A DNA stretch of 61,137 nucleotides, counting the filler, from Dimargaris cristalligena (Eukaryota), in assembly GCA_003614675.1 (NCBI GenBank). It is 6 parts of 6 records of this genome, joined end to end, with 100 filler letters (N's around TTAATTAATTAA, not from the genome) between each part and the next. Parts side by side here need not be neighbours in the genome. Positions count along the whole stretch, not along the records: positions 1 to 10,229 come from ML003203.1; positions 10,330 to 20,439 come from ML003204.1; 4 more parts are not named here. The stretch is one strand, 5' to 3'. The position numbers and the translations under genes were made by a program. Shown one piece after another: positions 1 through 12,948 of the stretch. Numbering within the stretch: the first letter of the stretch is position 1; each line of letters begins with the position of its first letter. The notes beneath the pieces were generated by a model. That model saw only the letters and a program-made list of their open reading frames with translations. It did not search any database and was not told where the DNA came from.

Positions 1-53
1 TATGCCCCAGACTTCTATAACTACAAGATCCTCGAGTTATGAATAAAAACTAT

Positions 54-109
54 GACTACTGACTACTGACTACTGAATATTGAATATAGAATATAGAATA
101 TAGAATACT
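54..109. repeat. Heptamer tandem array (GACTACT x3, GAATATT, GAATATA x3, GAATACT)
   Basis: Eight consecutive 7-mers read directly from the sequence. Confidence 0.85.
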
Positions 110-111
110 GG

Positions 112-290
112 AAAAACGGCCTAGCCATCGAATGGCTTATAAATGGGTGGGAAAAGATGAAGACTGACCTTCGGTGATGTTCTTCATCTTTTCTAAACTA
201 AAAATAGTTTGGCCGGGATATGCTATTAGAGATTAAGCAGGCCCGGCCACAACATAGGGATGTATTGTTTAGTCACCCACTATGGCCTAA
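112..290. ncRNA. Candidate structured RNA (multi-branch fold), family unknown
   Basis: Stems 123-128/132-137, 151-163/181-193 (13 bp perfect), 195-200/205-210 and 210-217/242-249; closing stem 144-149/274-279; T5 run on the minus strand at 112-116. Confidence 0.3.
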
Positions 291-700
291 AGTAGGAGAG
301 GTTGGCTTCTAGGTATTAGCCCGGGGGATTGGTATTTGTAAGCGGCACTTGGGGCCCCACTATGGTGCGGTGGGTATCTCAGGCCCATTCCGTATGAACC
401 AATGGTTTTTACACAGAACTCCGCAAGCATGGGTTCCTCGGCTAATCTGGCTGCACTGTGTGGTCAACCACTGCTTCGACCAGTCTCTTCTGGTCTATTC
501 GAACCGCATATAGCTTGGCTTGCATTCACATTCCACTTCCAGCTTCAGTTCATCCTTTCTCTGCCCATCGTGTATTCTTTTCTGCTACGTTTGTTCAGTT
601 TCTGATTCTCGTTTGCTTATTTTCATCCCCCTCTTTCAATCTAACCTAACCCAACCTACCCTCGCCGACACCCGCTCTTTGTGTTATATTTATCACCAAT

Positions 701-2601
701 ATGGTAGGTTCTTTTAGCCTCGGAGAGTATCCCGCTCCCGCATGTCCAAAGAATGAACCATTGCTCTACTAAGTCGGGCTTCAGGGATGAGTCTAATTGA
801 CCCATGTCTTTATGCACCCCGGCGCTTTGTTACAGTATGCCCCCATCTCACTCGCCACTTACGCATTACTCCTTCATTAAACGTCTTTGTAATCGCCTCC
901 ATGTATAGGGTAACGCTCAATCAGGCTTTGACGGCCAAAATGGCCAGGACCGCAAGAAGCAGGTAATACGACGCCCATTTTTCCCCTATAGTATACCCTC
1001 TTATTGGAGCAGCATCGCATACGCAGTAGTTCCCCCCCTTTTATTGTACCATCCTTCTCGCGCACGAGTACTACACGACACACCAACGCATTCAAGGTAC
1101 CTTGCCTTATCGGTATATAATATTAACCCTGCCCCGATAATTTGGGATCTTTCTAACAAAAACAGGAGCAAAAGAAGAAGTGGGAACCCCCTATCCCTAC
1201 CGATATCGGCAAGAAGAAGAAGAAGAAGGGCCCCGACTCTGCCGCGAAACTCCCGCAAGGTACGTCTCATCGATGCAACTATACTCCCCAAACACGCCCT
1301 CTTTATACCTATTTGTATTTTATTAAGGGCAATTAGCCCCATTATGTTGAGCGCGGTTTCCCGGGACATTCACTATAAATATTAACCCCCAAATTGGCAT
1401 TTCGCGCCCTTTCCCCGCCACCTATGCTACAGTGTTCCCCACTACCCGATGCGGCCTTAAACTGCTCAAGATGGAGCGGATTCAAGACTACCTGCTAATG
1501 GAGGCCGAGTTCGTAGAGAAGCAGGAGAGACTGAAGCCCCGTGAAGAAAAGAACCAGGAGGAACGTACGCGCCTGGACGACCTGCGTGGCTCCCCCATGG
1601 CCGTAGGTTCCCTGGAAGAAGTCATCGACGACCACCACGCTATCGTGTCCACCTCCTCCGGCCCCGAGTATTACGTGAATATGCTGTCCTTCGTGGACAA
1701 GGACCTTCTGGAGCCCGGCTGCTCGGTACTCCTGCACAACAAGACCATGTCCATCATCGGGGTGCTCCAGAACGACACCGACCCTATGGTCAGCGTCATG
1801 AAGCTTGACAAGGCCCCCACCGAGTCCTACGCTGACATTGGTGGTCTTGATCAGCAGATTCAGGAAATCAAAGAATCCGTCGAACTTCCCCTAACCCATC
1901 CTGAATTGTACGAGGAAATGGGCATCAAACCCCCCAAGGGAGTTATTCTGTACGGTGTGCCCGGTACAGGCAAGACCCTGCTCGCCAAGGCGGTGGCCAA
2001 CCAGACATCGGCTACTTTTCTTCGGGTGGTCGGGTCCGAACTCATCCAAAAATACCTGGGTGACGGCCCCAAACTGGTGCGCGAACTCTTCCGGGTAGCC
2101 GAAGAAAACGCCCCCTCCATTGTGTTTATCGACGAGATTGATGCGGTGGGTACCAAGCGGTACGACTCCAACTCGGGCGGTGAGCGTGAAATCCAACGGA
2201 CCATGTTGGAACTGCTCAACCAACTGGACGGGTTTGATTCCCGGGGCGACGTCAAAGTAATCATGGCCACCAATCAAATAGAAACCCTCGACCCAGCGCT
2301 GATCCGGCCCGGTCGTATTGACCGTAAGATCGAGTTCCCCCTGCCCGATGTCAAGACGAAGCGCCGCATTTTTAACATCCATACCAGTCGTATGACGCTG
2401 GCCGACGACGTGGACCTCGAGGAGTTCGTCATGTCCAAAGACGACCTGTCGGGCGCCGATATTAAGGCCGTCTGCTCCGAAGCCGGTCTGCTGGCTCTGC
2501 GGGAACGCCGTATGAAGGTCGTGGCCGATGATTTCCGTAAGGCGAAGGACAAGGTGCTGTACCGCAAGACCGAGGGTACCCCAGAGGGTCTATATCTGTA
2601 G
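701..2601 (+). CDS. RPT2: 26S proteasome regulatory AAA-ATPase subunit Rpt2 (PSMC1/S4)
   Basis: Exons 701-703, 909-962, 1166-1259, 1433-2601 with GT-AG introns; MGNAQS N-terminus; [19 protein letters not shown]; Walker A GVPGTGKT, Walker B FIDEID; C-terminal GLYL (HbYX). Confidence 0.97.
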
Positions 2602-3196
2602 AGGGTGGGCCAAGGACGATGTCCATTTTTTTCTTTCCTTAAATCCCTTTTTCTTGTATGCATTGGCCCATGATCTTTGTATTAGGGATGTGAAGGTCGG
2701 GTATCCTTACTTCGGACTAGTCGCTGTATGGCTTTTCCCTGAAATTAACATCCTGTTTTTCCCGCCCATCTCCCTACCAGGGGCATTCTGGTTATAGTAT
2801 TTCGAATAAACACCACGGTCGATTTGTTTTCTTCTGTTAAGCGGGGGCAATACTGTTTTATCAAACCCTATAGTCCCTATCCCACTTACATATATGCGTG
2901 TGTATAAATGCATGTGGTCTATCAGGTTAGTAGGCCGACTAGGGTAGTCACCTAAACGCAGACTAATGGAAGCCCAGATAACCAAACCCGACAATTTACT
3001 AGAGGGCGGACGTATATTTTACCACTGCAGTTCTTCTGAGGGGTCGTACAAGATCAAAAAATATGTACAAGGGTAAAAATAGGTTTATTACATTTGACAG
3101 CAGCCCCATGCATACTTCAGAGTAGCGAACTCCAATTTAAGTCCATGTGTACCCCACAAGTTAAGTATGAAAGAGAATATTCCCATGCCCGGATCT

Positions 3197-5068
3197 TTAG
3201 GACCGCTTCGAGAGCTTGGGTTTCGTTTTCTTAGACCGCGGCTTGCCGGTACCGGCCTGTTTGGTGGACTTCGCATTGCCTCCATCAGTATCGGCATCAT
3301 CATCATCGCTATCCGAGCGCTTTTCGATAAATTTGGGTGCCCCTAGTGTACCTAACAGAGGGTTATTAGCGAAATACCCAGTACCTTGATTCCTACCGGT
3401 AGTATCGGGCGCTGGCATCGACACCGTGGCTGGGGACCAGTCCACATGGCGGGTATCAGCTTCTCCTCCTCCGCTACCAGAACCACCACCAGCACCCTCG
3501 GCAAAGCCACCGACCTCGCTGGGTCGATTGGACGAGGCCAGCGGATCCCGGACCGGTTTGGGCTGGTGGTCCAAATCGCGGTCCACCAGGGTCCGTCGAC
3601 TGATTTGGTGGGACTTCAAATCAATGGTCAGTACTTGCACGCCCCGCCGCTGCTGTTCTTCTAATTCGGTGGCCCGTTTGGCCCGTAGTTGCTGCTGGCG
3701 CTGGGCCTCGATTTTCTCCTGGGGGGTCAGCCACCGTATATCGGCGGTCTCGGCCGACGGACCTTGGAAATCCGAGACTTGGTCAATCACCTGCGTACGG
3801 TGGGCACTGGTGCGATCGTAGTCGAGTAGGCGGTCCTTGCGGGCCCGGGCTTCCTGTAACGCAGCGTCTAGTGGGGGAGAATCATCCTCGATGAGATGGG
3901 AATCCAAGGCACTATCGACATCGTCCTGTTGGCCTTGGGCCTGGGCGAGGCGAGATGCTTTCATCAGCTGCTCATGTTGCTTGGGGATAATAAGGTGGCC
4001 GCAGGTTAGACAGGGACCGGGACCTTCCTTGACACATACAATTCGGCCACATTGGATACAGTTTCGAAGGAGGGCATGGGCCACCGCTAATGATTAAATG
4101 GTGTAAAGTGGGGGAGGGGGGCAATGGTATTTAAATGTGGGTGGGTCCAGTAAATGTTAAGGTTAGATTGGCTATAATCACGAACATATTAATAGTGGGT
4201 GGTGAGGAGGGCCGAATGCACTTTTGGAGTGGTAAATGTGAATGAGTAGGGGGGTGGTTTTACCTTCGCAAGTACAAGGTGGGCGATTGGCCTTTAGTTT
4301 AAGTTTCTCAATCTGGGCTTCGCTCCAAACGTCAGTCACGGACATGTTCGATTTATTCGCCGAATCTTTTTTCTTGGGCTTTTTCGAACCCGCACTAGCG
4401 GAGTCGGAATTGCTGACTACCGTCACAGATAAATTGGAGTGGCTTCGGGCGGCCCCTTTCCCTTTGTTGGCGTTACTACTAGCAAATGGAGAATAGTCGG
4501 CAGGGTAAACCAGTGAGAAGTAGCTTATCAGTCATTAGGTGGCTTAGTCTTCGACAGTCTCTATAAGGGTGCGTTTTCTCTCTCTCTCTCTGCATCGCGG
4601 ACGGCGGACTTGGGATCAATTCGTTATCCAAAAAAACCGTTCTTATCAGTAGACTACCTCGGGTGTGGACATGGTGCCCCCCTATACTTACTTGGCATGT
4701 ACATGGAGGTTCTCCAGGCTGATTCGTTTATCAAGTTGGACCGATAGTGATGATGCGGCGGCGGAGGTACCCCCCAAATGCGACCGACTTTTGCCCACAG
4801 CCGGGAGAAGACTCGCGGGAGTAGGGGTGGTCGAAGCTGAGGCGGAGGCCGGAAACCGCCGCCGGGCGAATTCACGGGCAAACTCTGTGGTGGCCGGACT
4901 GGGGCCGAGAATATCCCGCAGTTGGGTATTTAATTCTTCAGCACTGGCCAATCCCGTCAAATATTGGGCCATGGGGTCGGCGTCTTGCTGGGGCAAGCTG
5001 AGCCGTTGGGCTAATTCACCGGCGGCCCATTCGCGAGCGCTGGAGTTGGTGGTGGCCTTGGGGGGCAT
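3197..5068 (-). CDS. RQT4: Activating signal cointegrator 1 / RQT complex subunit (C2HC5 zinc finger; no ASCH domain visible)
   Basis: Exons 5068-4692, ~4478-4264, 4086-3197; spliced CTCEAVAHALLRNCIQCGRIVC..GPCLTCG; ARKDRLLDYDRTSAHRTQVIDQVSDF; N-terminal PWI-like helical region. Confidence 0.88.
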
Positions 5069-5460
5069 GGAAAAACACCGGTGGATTGCCAAAGGGTTAA
5101 CGGAGTAGGTAGTAATGCCGATGGGGGAGTTGAAAGACGGTCCACTGAAATGGTCAATTGAGTACTAATTAGTATGGGGGTGACAAGAGTGGACTATGGT
5201 GGATAGTAAATAAGGTTGGAAGAGGGGAGGTGCGGATGCATAGGGCAGAAGAGCTTTGGGCCATCTCATTCAACCTTTCCTGCTCTTCTCCTACCCAGAC
5301 TACTGCGGTTCCCTTACTCGATGCATGCATTTTTAGAACCTGCGCTTGTCACTTACTTCATGTTCCGTTTAGAACTGCACTTTGGTCAGCTTACGTATAC
5401 CCCACCCACTCACTTTTGTGTCTAATTTATATAGTTGAGAACAATAAACTCATTAGCCCC

Positions 5461-7750
5461 ATGGCCGACCACAGCTTTACCTTGAACAATGGCCTGTTGA
5501 TTCCGCAGTTCGGTGGTAAGTCCCCCTTGCGCGTTGTGGGGAATAAGTTGAACCCCTACAATACTACATATGCCCCACCCCCTTTTCGTAAAGCAGCAGC
5601 TGGTGGTGGTGGTGGTGATACAGGGTTAACGTACTGGCCAAGTCCTCTATGCAACTCCACGGATCACTTGTTAATGTAATATATCCTTCCACACAACTTC
5701 TGGTACCTTTTAAGTCGGTACTTATCGCATTAGAGATGCCGAAACCATCGACCAAGTGATTAAAACTGCCATCAAAAGTGGTTACCGCCTAATAGGTAAG
5801 TCAAGCAGAAATAATCCTATGTCCACCCAAATTTCTTGGAAATCCCCTGTGTATCATATTTAGGCTACACTTGTGTACTCGATATCCATTCATTTTGTTC
5901 GTCTTTTTTTAACCCATATCGGAATAACAGATACGGCCTCTGTATACAGAAATGAAGCCCTAATTGGCTCAACTTTACAGGAGATATTTCAGAATAAAGT
6001 CGAATCTGGAGTGAAGCGTGAAGATATTTTTGTAATTAGCAAATTAGGTACGTGTAGATTATTATTTTTTGCATATTGTAACCATTCTGAAGTGCCATTC
6101 ACTTACGTGGATCAAACTCTACAAATGGTATGTTTATATAAGTATGGTCATAATATTCCGTTGGAATAGCCTAGCAACACCGTATCATTGGTGGGCCGGC
6201 CAGATTCGTACTATCGGGGATAAAATCCTTTTGACCAAAATTATAACCCTAAACACTACAGTATTTCATTTAACGGAGTCTGCATTTTTGTCCGGCAGCC
6301 CCACGCGACCAAGGATTCGATGCCTGCTACAAAGGTAAGTGGAAGAACCGAGTATTGGCACTCTTCTTGGGGCCGCGGTACTACGATTTGCTGGTTAACC
6401 AACCACTTCGACCCTGGTCCGGCATTTATCATAAATCAAGTTCCCTTAAATTGACATCAATTACTATGTTGTTTCCCCCGGGTATCTGACCATAACCCCC
6501 CTTTGCAGCCGTCTTGGCATCCCTCGAGCAACTGAAACTTGATTACATCGACCTTTACCTTATTCACTGGCCCGGGTAAGCACTTCGCTAATTGGCAAAC
6601 ATATCCAGCCCCGGCATTGTATTTTAGAGTCCCTAGGGCTGGCCAGATTGTTATAGTAGACAAGGACAGACTGGGGTAAAGAAGGAAAGCGAACGCTTCC
6701 ACTTTTCCCCGATTTCCCATGCCTGTTTACGCTTGTGATCACTGACTCTAGAGTAGACCACCACATTTAGCCATCTCCCCCTATTGGGACACTTGGCCCT
6801 CGATGCTATTGCTCAAACCCAGTTGGTATTGTCCATGCACATGGTCTAATATACAGCAATTGTCGTATGTCGGTATTACTTGGACTTGGCCTTACGCAAC
6901 CGATGGGAATACTTCCTTCTTGGTTTTTATCCACACGCGGACACCCTGGGATTTAATGGATCCACCAGTACCCAAAAGGTAGCTCTCCATAACACGATTA
7001 ACCGGGACAATCGCCTGGGGAGTTGGCGCGCGCTGGAGAAACTGTACCATGAAGGTCGTGTCAAGAATATCGGGGTCAGTAACTACACAATTCGCCATTT
7101 GGAGGAGCTGCTAGCCCAGGCGGCTGTGCCACCCAGTGTGCTGCAGGTAGAATACCACCCCCTCTACGCACAACCCGACCTCGCCCAGTTCTGCCGAAAG
7201 CACTGCATTCAACTGCAGGCCTATTCAAGCCTGGGGCAAGGCGAACTCCTAGATGGAACGTTTCCGGTGCCGCTTCTGGAGGAGCTAGCTGGTAAATACC
7301 AAACCACGGTAGCCCATTTGCTGCTCAGGTGGGGCCTGCAGCACCAGGCCGTCGTGATTCCGAAGTCCACCCACCCCGATCGGATTCGCGATAATTTGCG
7401 GTGCTTCGACATTGAGATTTCGTCCGAGGTAAGTCGGTACTTGGTATTCAGGCATAGGTGGTTAGGTTGAGTGCAATTCCTAGTCGCTGTTCACGAGGAT
7501 TGCGCAAAAAAACGGCCCAGCCCGGGTCCACTAATTGACCAACCCTGCGCAAGGAAGTTGCTCTGTAAGTTTGGGCGGAGTCACTTAATCGGACATATGT
7601 TTTACCCTGGATTTTCCACTGTACGCTATACTCAACTTGCTACGACGATATGCTTTCTACTTATTGGATCCCTAGGATATGGAAGCCCTGGATAATTTAT
7701 CCGAAACCCTGCCCAAGAAGTTCTGTTGGGACCCCAAGGACGTCATGTAA
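5461..7750 (+). CDS. Aldo-keto reductase (NADP-dependent, Gcy1/DkgA-like)
   Basis: 7 exons: 5461-5515, 5715-5795, 5931-6047, 6299-6334, 6509-6575, 6969-7428, 7676-7750; catalytic tetrad in IDTASVY, SKL, IHWP; IGVSNY and IPKS motifs. Confidence 0.93.
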
Positions 7751-8627
7751 CTTCCCTTCTTCTCCATGTCGGGGTACTATTAGCAATGGTTGTGAAGATG
7801 TCAAAGGCGGGGTAAGTAAACATTGGGCTGGACACAATATCTGTCTTTTCCTATCCATTTCGCACCAAATCACTGGCTGCTTTTCTTTCAACTATACCCG
7901 TGGCCGGTTTCAGATGGATAATTTGGTTTGGAACCCCAGGGGTTGTGAGGGGACTGCTAATGGCAACGCAGATTTGTGACAGTGGCTGTGGGCATTAGTG
8001 GACTACATACCCTTACTACAAGATATACTAGGAGTGCTCCTCCTTCCTCATCTGAAACCTCTGGATTACTTTAGCCCTTCGGATATTTGGCGGTCTGGCC
8101 CCTCTCAATAAATCACCGCCCCTTGGTCTGGATTTTTGCCACTATTAGTAAAATTGTTATTTTCGTCATTGGTGTGCGTCATTGGGCCAACCACAGTGGC
8201 GCTATTAGTATCGTGTGCAGCAAATGATGATCCCGTACAGGGGAACAGCGGCAGCTACAACACGTTACACCATGGCCGGTTTCGGGGGCATCGCCAATCC
8301 GCGATTTATCAGAGAATCATTGTTGAACCAGCTGATTGATCATATACTATACCCTATTTCCACCTCCGCCGAAAGAAAGTCTGCTCTGCCTGTTTAATTT
8401 CATTGCCGCTTCACCAATATCCCACCCACTTGTTGGCCCTAAACTAAGCTGAACTACTCAACTTACCCAGAGTAATACTCCTTTTCGGACCTTTTCCCCT
8501 CCTATTTCTTTCTCCGCACCCCTAGCCAGCAGCATACCCACCATTAGCTTTCCTTTCCAAAGGGACCGCCGTTCTACCCCTGGTACTTTGTTAACCCCTC
8601 CCCCCTCCTTGTCAGCTCAGTAGCGCC

Positions 8628-9764
8628 ATGAACCATTCCCCGCAGTCCCAGCACACAGGGCGTAGTTATGCGTCCGTCGTTTCGAGTGAGCGCACTCCAT
8701 TGAAGAATAGTCATTCCACTAACGCCCACACCACCACGGACACGGGTTCCCCCCACGGCTCCGACCAGCAGTCCCTTACCGAACATTCCGACAGCGTCAT
8801 TAGCCACACGGAAGAGCATTCCACCGGGGCCGACTTCGTGAGGGATGCCATACTGGGACTGTCGGACGGACTGACCGTCCCATTTGCCCTGGCGGCTGGT
8901 CTTTCCTCCCTTGATAATACGTCTCTGGTGGTGACGGCTGGTTTAGCAGGTAAGCCCGATTTTGTTTTCTTTGTATTATTATTATTATCTCTCTATGGCA
9001 AGTGCCGATATTCCGGATATTAGGAACGTCGTTGACGGGACGGTATACTGCCTTTCAGTGGGCGTGACTGGCTTCTATTTTGTTTGTGATATATATAAGA
9101 AAATATAAAATGAATAACCGCCGAAACCCAAAAGGCATTGTATGCCAGAATATACTAACCAGCCGATCAACCTTCACCTCATTTCAAAAATATATCCTTC
9201 ATTGTGTACGACTCTTAAGAATTGGTGGCCGGTGCCATATCCATGGGCCTGGGCGGCTACCTGGCCGGTAAAAGCGAAATCGAGCACTACGACTCGGAGC
9301 GCCAGCGGGAAATCCAGGAACTAATTGACGTTCCCGAGGAAGAGGAGCAGGAAATCGTAGACATATTTGCCCCCTACGGCCTAACCCGGCCCGATCTTGA
9401 GCCCCTTCTCGTCCGCCTGCGCGCGGATCCGGAAAAGTTCGTGGACTTCATGATGCAATTCGAGCTCAAACTCGAAAAACCCAGCGAGTACCGGTCCTTT
9501 GTGTCCGGCGCCACCATCGGGGTTTCCTATTTCATGGGGGGTCTCGTGCCCCTCCTGCCCTACGTGTTTTTAAATGAGGCCCACATTGCGCTCGGCGCCT
9601 CCGTGGCCGTCACCCTGCTCGCCCTGTTGGTGTTCGGGATATTCAAGGCCCGGGCGGTGGGCCAGACCAGTGTGGTCAAGAGCGCCCTTCAGACCATGTC
9701 CATCGGGGCTGCCGCTGCCGCTGCATCGTATCTCCTAGTATTCCTCTTTAGCTCTTCTAACTGA
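8628..9764 (+). CDS. CCC1: Vacuolar Fe/Mn transporter, VIT1/CCC1 family
   Basis: Exons 8628-8949 and 9220-9764; RDAILGLSDGLTVPFALAAGLS, ELVAGAISMGLGGYL, GGLVPLLPY. Confidence 0.95.
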
Positions 9765-10229
9765 GAACGCAATCAGAATCGGTGGATATAGGCCCAGGGC
9801 CCTTTGCTATATATTTATATATACATTTCTTTCCTTTCGGAGACCTGGTGGCCGCATAGCATTATACAACTATTATATTTTATCTCTCGACTAGGTTTTA
9901 TTATAAATTGCGCACCATAGGGCGTCACCAATCTATCCAATAAATATTAATAAAATTATGGTGACTCGTTGTTATTAATAGAGGTTTTATATAGGGAAAA
10001 CGAGCCTAATAAAACGGTGCAATATGGTAATAATTACACGGGTTTAAGTGATTGCTACTGTTGTGGTCACAATTAATACCACAAGGTAATATAGCCCGAT
10101 AACCTTATCAGGGCCAACTGGAGCAGCCTCAGTCTAGTGGGAAAAACTAACTGGCTAAGGGAAACACGCACTTTGGCGGGGACAATTCTTATCTGATCTT
10201 CAGATAGGGACAACTAGGACAACCGGGGC

Positions 10230-10329
10230 NNNNNNNNNNNNNNNNNNNNNNNNNNNNNNNNNNNNNNNNNNNNTTAATTAATTAANNNNNNNNNNNNNNN
10301 NNNNNNNNNNNNNNNNNNNNNNNNNNNNN
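10230..10329. other. Artificial contig spacer (N44-TTAATTAATTAA-N44)
   Basis: 100-nt N block containing a six-frame stop linker. Confidence 0.97.
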
Positions 10330-11137
10330 ACCCGGAAGTTGGAAATCAGCCATGCCCAAGCAATATAAACAGTTAAGGCATTTACCCATATCACCCGACA
10401 ACCGGTGGCTATTCCCAGTCAGCAAATGGCCGATTCAACAACGAGCAGATGTCAGTAGATCCTATTATTCAACTAGAACATTGGATTACTATACTTTAAG
10501 CAGCCCCACCATCTTGGCTTTGTATAATAAGCTGGGTACCACCACTGGTAAAATGAGCCTTCCGCGTCACTGAAATAATGTTGACTGAGCACCTCCTGAT
10601 TTACCACAAGACTAGGATCAGCGGACTCATTGGGTCCACGCATTTGAAGATTGTGATTTTTCGGTCACCATCCTTCGAACTGCCACGCCTACAATGGCCG
10701 CATCGGTTATACGGGGCTTAAATAATTACAGTGCCTTCAGTGTGTTGGTGGGGCTGAATAGTATTTCCGCGACCCGTTCATCCCCAACACTTGTCCCAAC
10801 CCATGTCCACACTAGCATAGTCGGTTCTGGTGTTTTACACCGATATAATAGCCGCACCTGAGCCCCCCCACTGTAATTAGATCTTGTAACCGACATATAT
10901 TGAAACCTACCGCCAGTTGCACTCGAGACTATCGTACATAATTATTGCATCCATACTGGATCACCGATCCCAATCCTAGTCCCCATCGTTTCTATCCTAT
11001 TCAGTCTACGCACTTTTTTAATATTGATAAATCCGCGCACACCTTCACGCGTAGCCCATCCACTTCCTTAATCTTACCCAGACGACCATACCCCCCCATA
11101 TCCGACATAGCTGTAATCAATATCAACTTTAACCACC

Positions 11138-11443
11138 ATGTCCTGGTATACCCCCAACTCCCAATACGACTCCTCATATAGTAGGGATTCGTCTTTGTCG
11201 CCGACTGTAGGCAACCTATATACCAACTACCTGCCCCAGAGCCCACCTAGCAGTGGGTCATCCTCATCTAGAACCGGGAACTGGCAGTCCGCAATCCCGA
11301 ACGCCCACCCAGGGGTCTTCAAGTGCCCCCTATGCCACGGTTGTTTTCAGGATGGGTCGACATTAAACCAGCACTACAACCATTGTAAGCCGACCTACGG
11401 AATATTTTACGACGCCATTCAACGGCCCCAAACCCATTACTGA
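11138..11443 (+). CDS. Small orphan protein with one C-x2-C-x12-H-x3-C zinc finger
   Basis: 101-aa ORF, CCACCATG start context, FKCPLCHGCFQDGSTLNQHYNHC after a Ser/Pro/Tyr-rich N-terminus. Confidence 0.6.
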   Translation: MSWYTPNSQYDSSYSRDSSLSPTVGNLYTNYLPQSPPSSGSSSSRTGNWQSAIPNAHPGVFKCPLCHGCFQDGSTLNQHYNHCKPTYGIFYDAIQRPQTHY

Positions 11444-12948
11444 TTCTGATCCGGTGTGTCTGTTCCCGGTTGTCTTTTTATATGCAGGCATATAGTGCAC
11501 TATCCATCCCCGTCAACTAGTCAGTATTGCACACTGGGCCTGACAGGTTATTCACTTCATAACCGAATACAATATTCCCTATCCTATTCAACTTCCACCA
11601 GTAAATGTATAAATGTCGTATAACTATGAATATATACACGCCCGGGCCATACCATGTATCACACTTTGACCTAGCAAATACATAATGCCAAGTACATCAG
11701 ACATCAGTCTCCGGAGACCCGGATTGATTAGTAATGAGGGCTGCAGCCTCCGTAACTGAACGACAGTCGGAATAGTTGCTCTTAAATGCTGTAGACATAC
11801 AATAATTAACCACATGTTATAGGAAGCAATGGCCTCAATGGGTGCCCATGTGTCCCAGATCTGCCAATAGACATGGAGCTGAGTGACTAAGGGCGATGAC
11901 AGTTATCGAAATTAGATAATTGCGCCACGAATCGATATATATATTTATATATAAAACACTGAATATACCAGGTTTGGTGAGTCAGAATTGACAAATCTAC
12001 CAGCGGGATAACTGAACTATGAGACCTAGTACTCACTAGCCCATCGATTATATAGTGGCTAACGGCGGGGACCCAGAGTAGTGGTTAAATTTTCTACGCG
12101 ACTACATGGTGATGAAGATTCTTTAAGCAATGTGCATTACTATTTCATAAATGTTTTTTCAATTCACCCGACTAGTACACCCAGGTAGCTACTACAACGT
12201 TTCGTAATGGCCAAAATCAGCCTGGTAATTCTTAAATGACACACTTTGGCGGCTGGGGTTGGGTTCACCGGCGCTACAGTTCCAGGTCTGCTTAATTCTA
12301 CTACCTGTGGCTTTGGCGACTGGTTTTGGTAGCAACCTTTTACCACGACTGGTGAGGATCTTTCGAATTTCCTAATCTGATAGGGTTTTTTGATTGGTAT
12401 GCGGTTCAATTTTGCGAGATAAGTTCCGCAATGCCAATGTTACATGTTTCACACCATGGTATTTCAATACAATATACACTGATCCTGCGAGGCCTACCCC
12501 TAAGCATCTCTTTTCTAGCGGACATCGCACCAACATAGGCAGATACTATATACGGAACCTAGGTGATAAATCAAACTATTGACTATATCAAAAATCTCAA
12601 CCTGGGGTAACATATCGAGGACAAGCCACATATCAGCATTACTGTGATTTAGCACACTGAATGTGCCGCAGCCCCACCCAGCGTATCCCCATTACAAATG
12701 TTAATCAGCGTATTAGAACGCCGCTTACCATTTCTTCTGACTTAGATTTACCATGTGGTCATAACCCTATATGTAAACAAAGACAAAAACAAACGATATA
12801 AAATAGTGGACCTCTAATACTCGAGGATGCAAGTAATTTTGAATATAATTGACATATTCCGTGGGCCTACATTTACTGATGCCAGTGTATTAAGTCGCAG
12901 CTGCTACCTCTCTAGTATTGCCTACACTTAATGTCTTAGCTCATCCCT

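Noticed and set aside
151-193. SECIS element or hammerhead ribozyme
   Set aside because: No long helix above the GA pairs, no CUGAnGA..GAAA core, and no UGA-containing ORF upstream.
852-859. Rpn4/PACE-like site (AGTGGCGA, minus strand) in the RPT2 intron
   Set aside because: Imperfect, intronic and expected by chance.
10274-10285. TTAATTAATTAA recurring every ~10 kb as a periodic biological motif
   Set aside because: Always centred in N blocks; an artificial six-frame stop linker.
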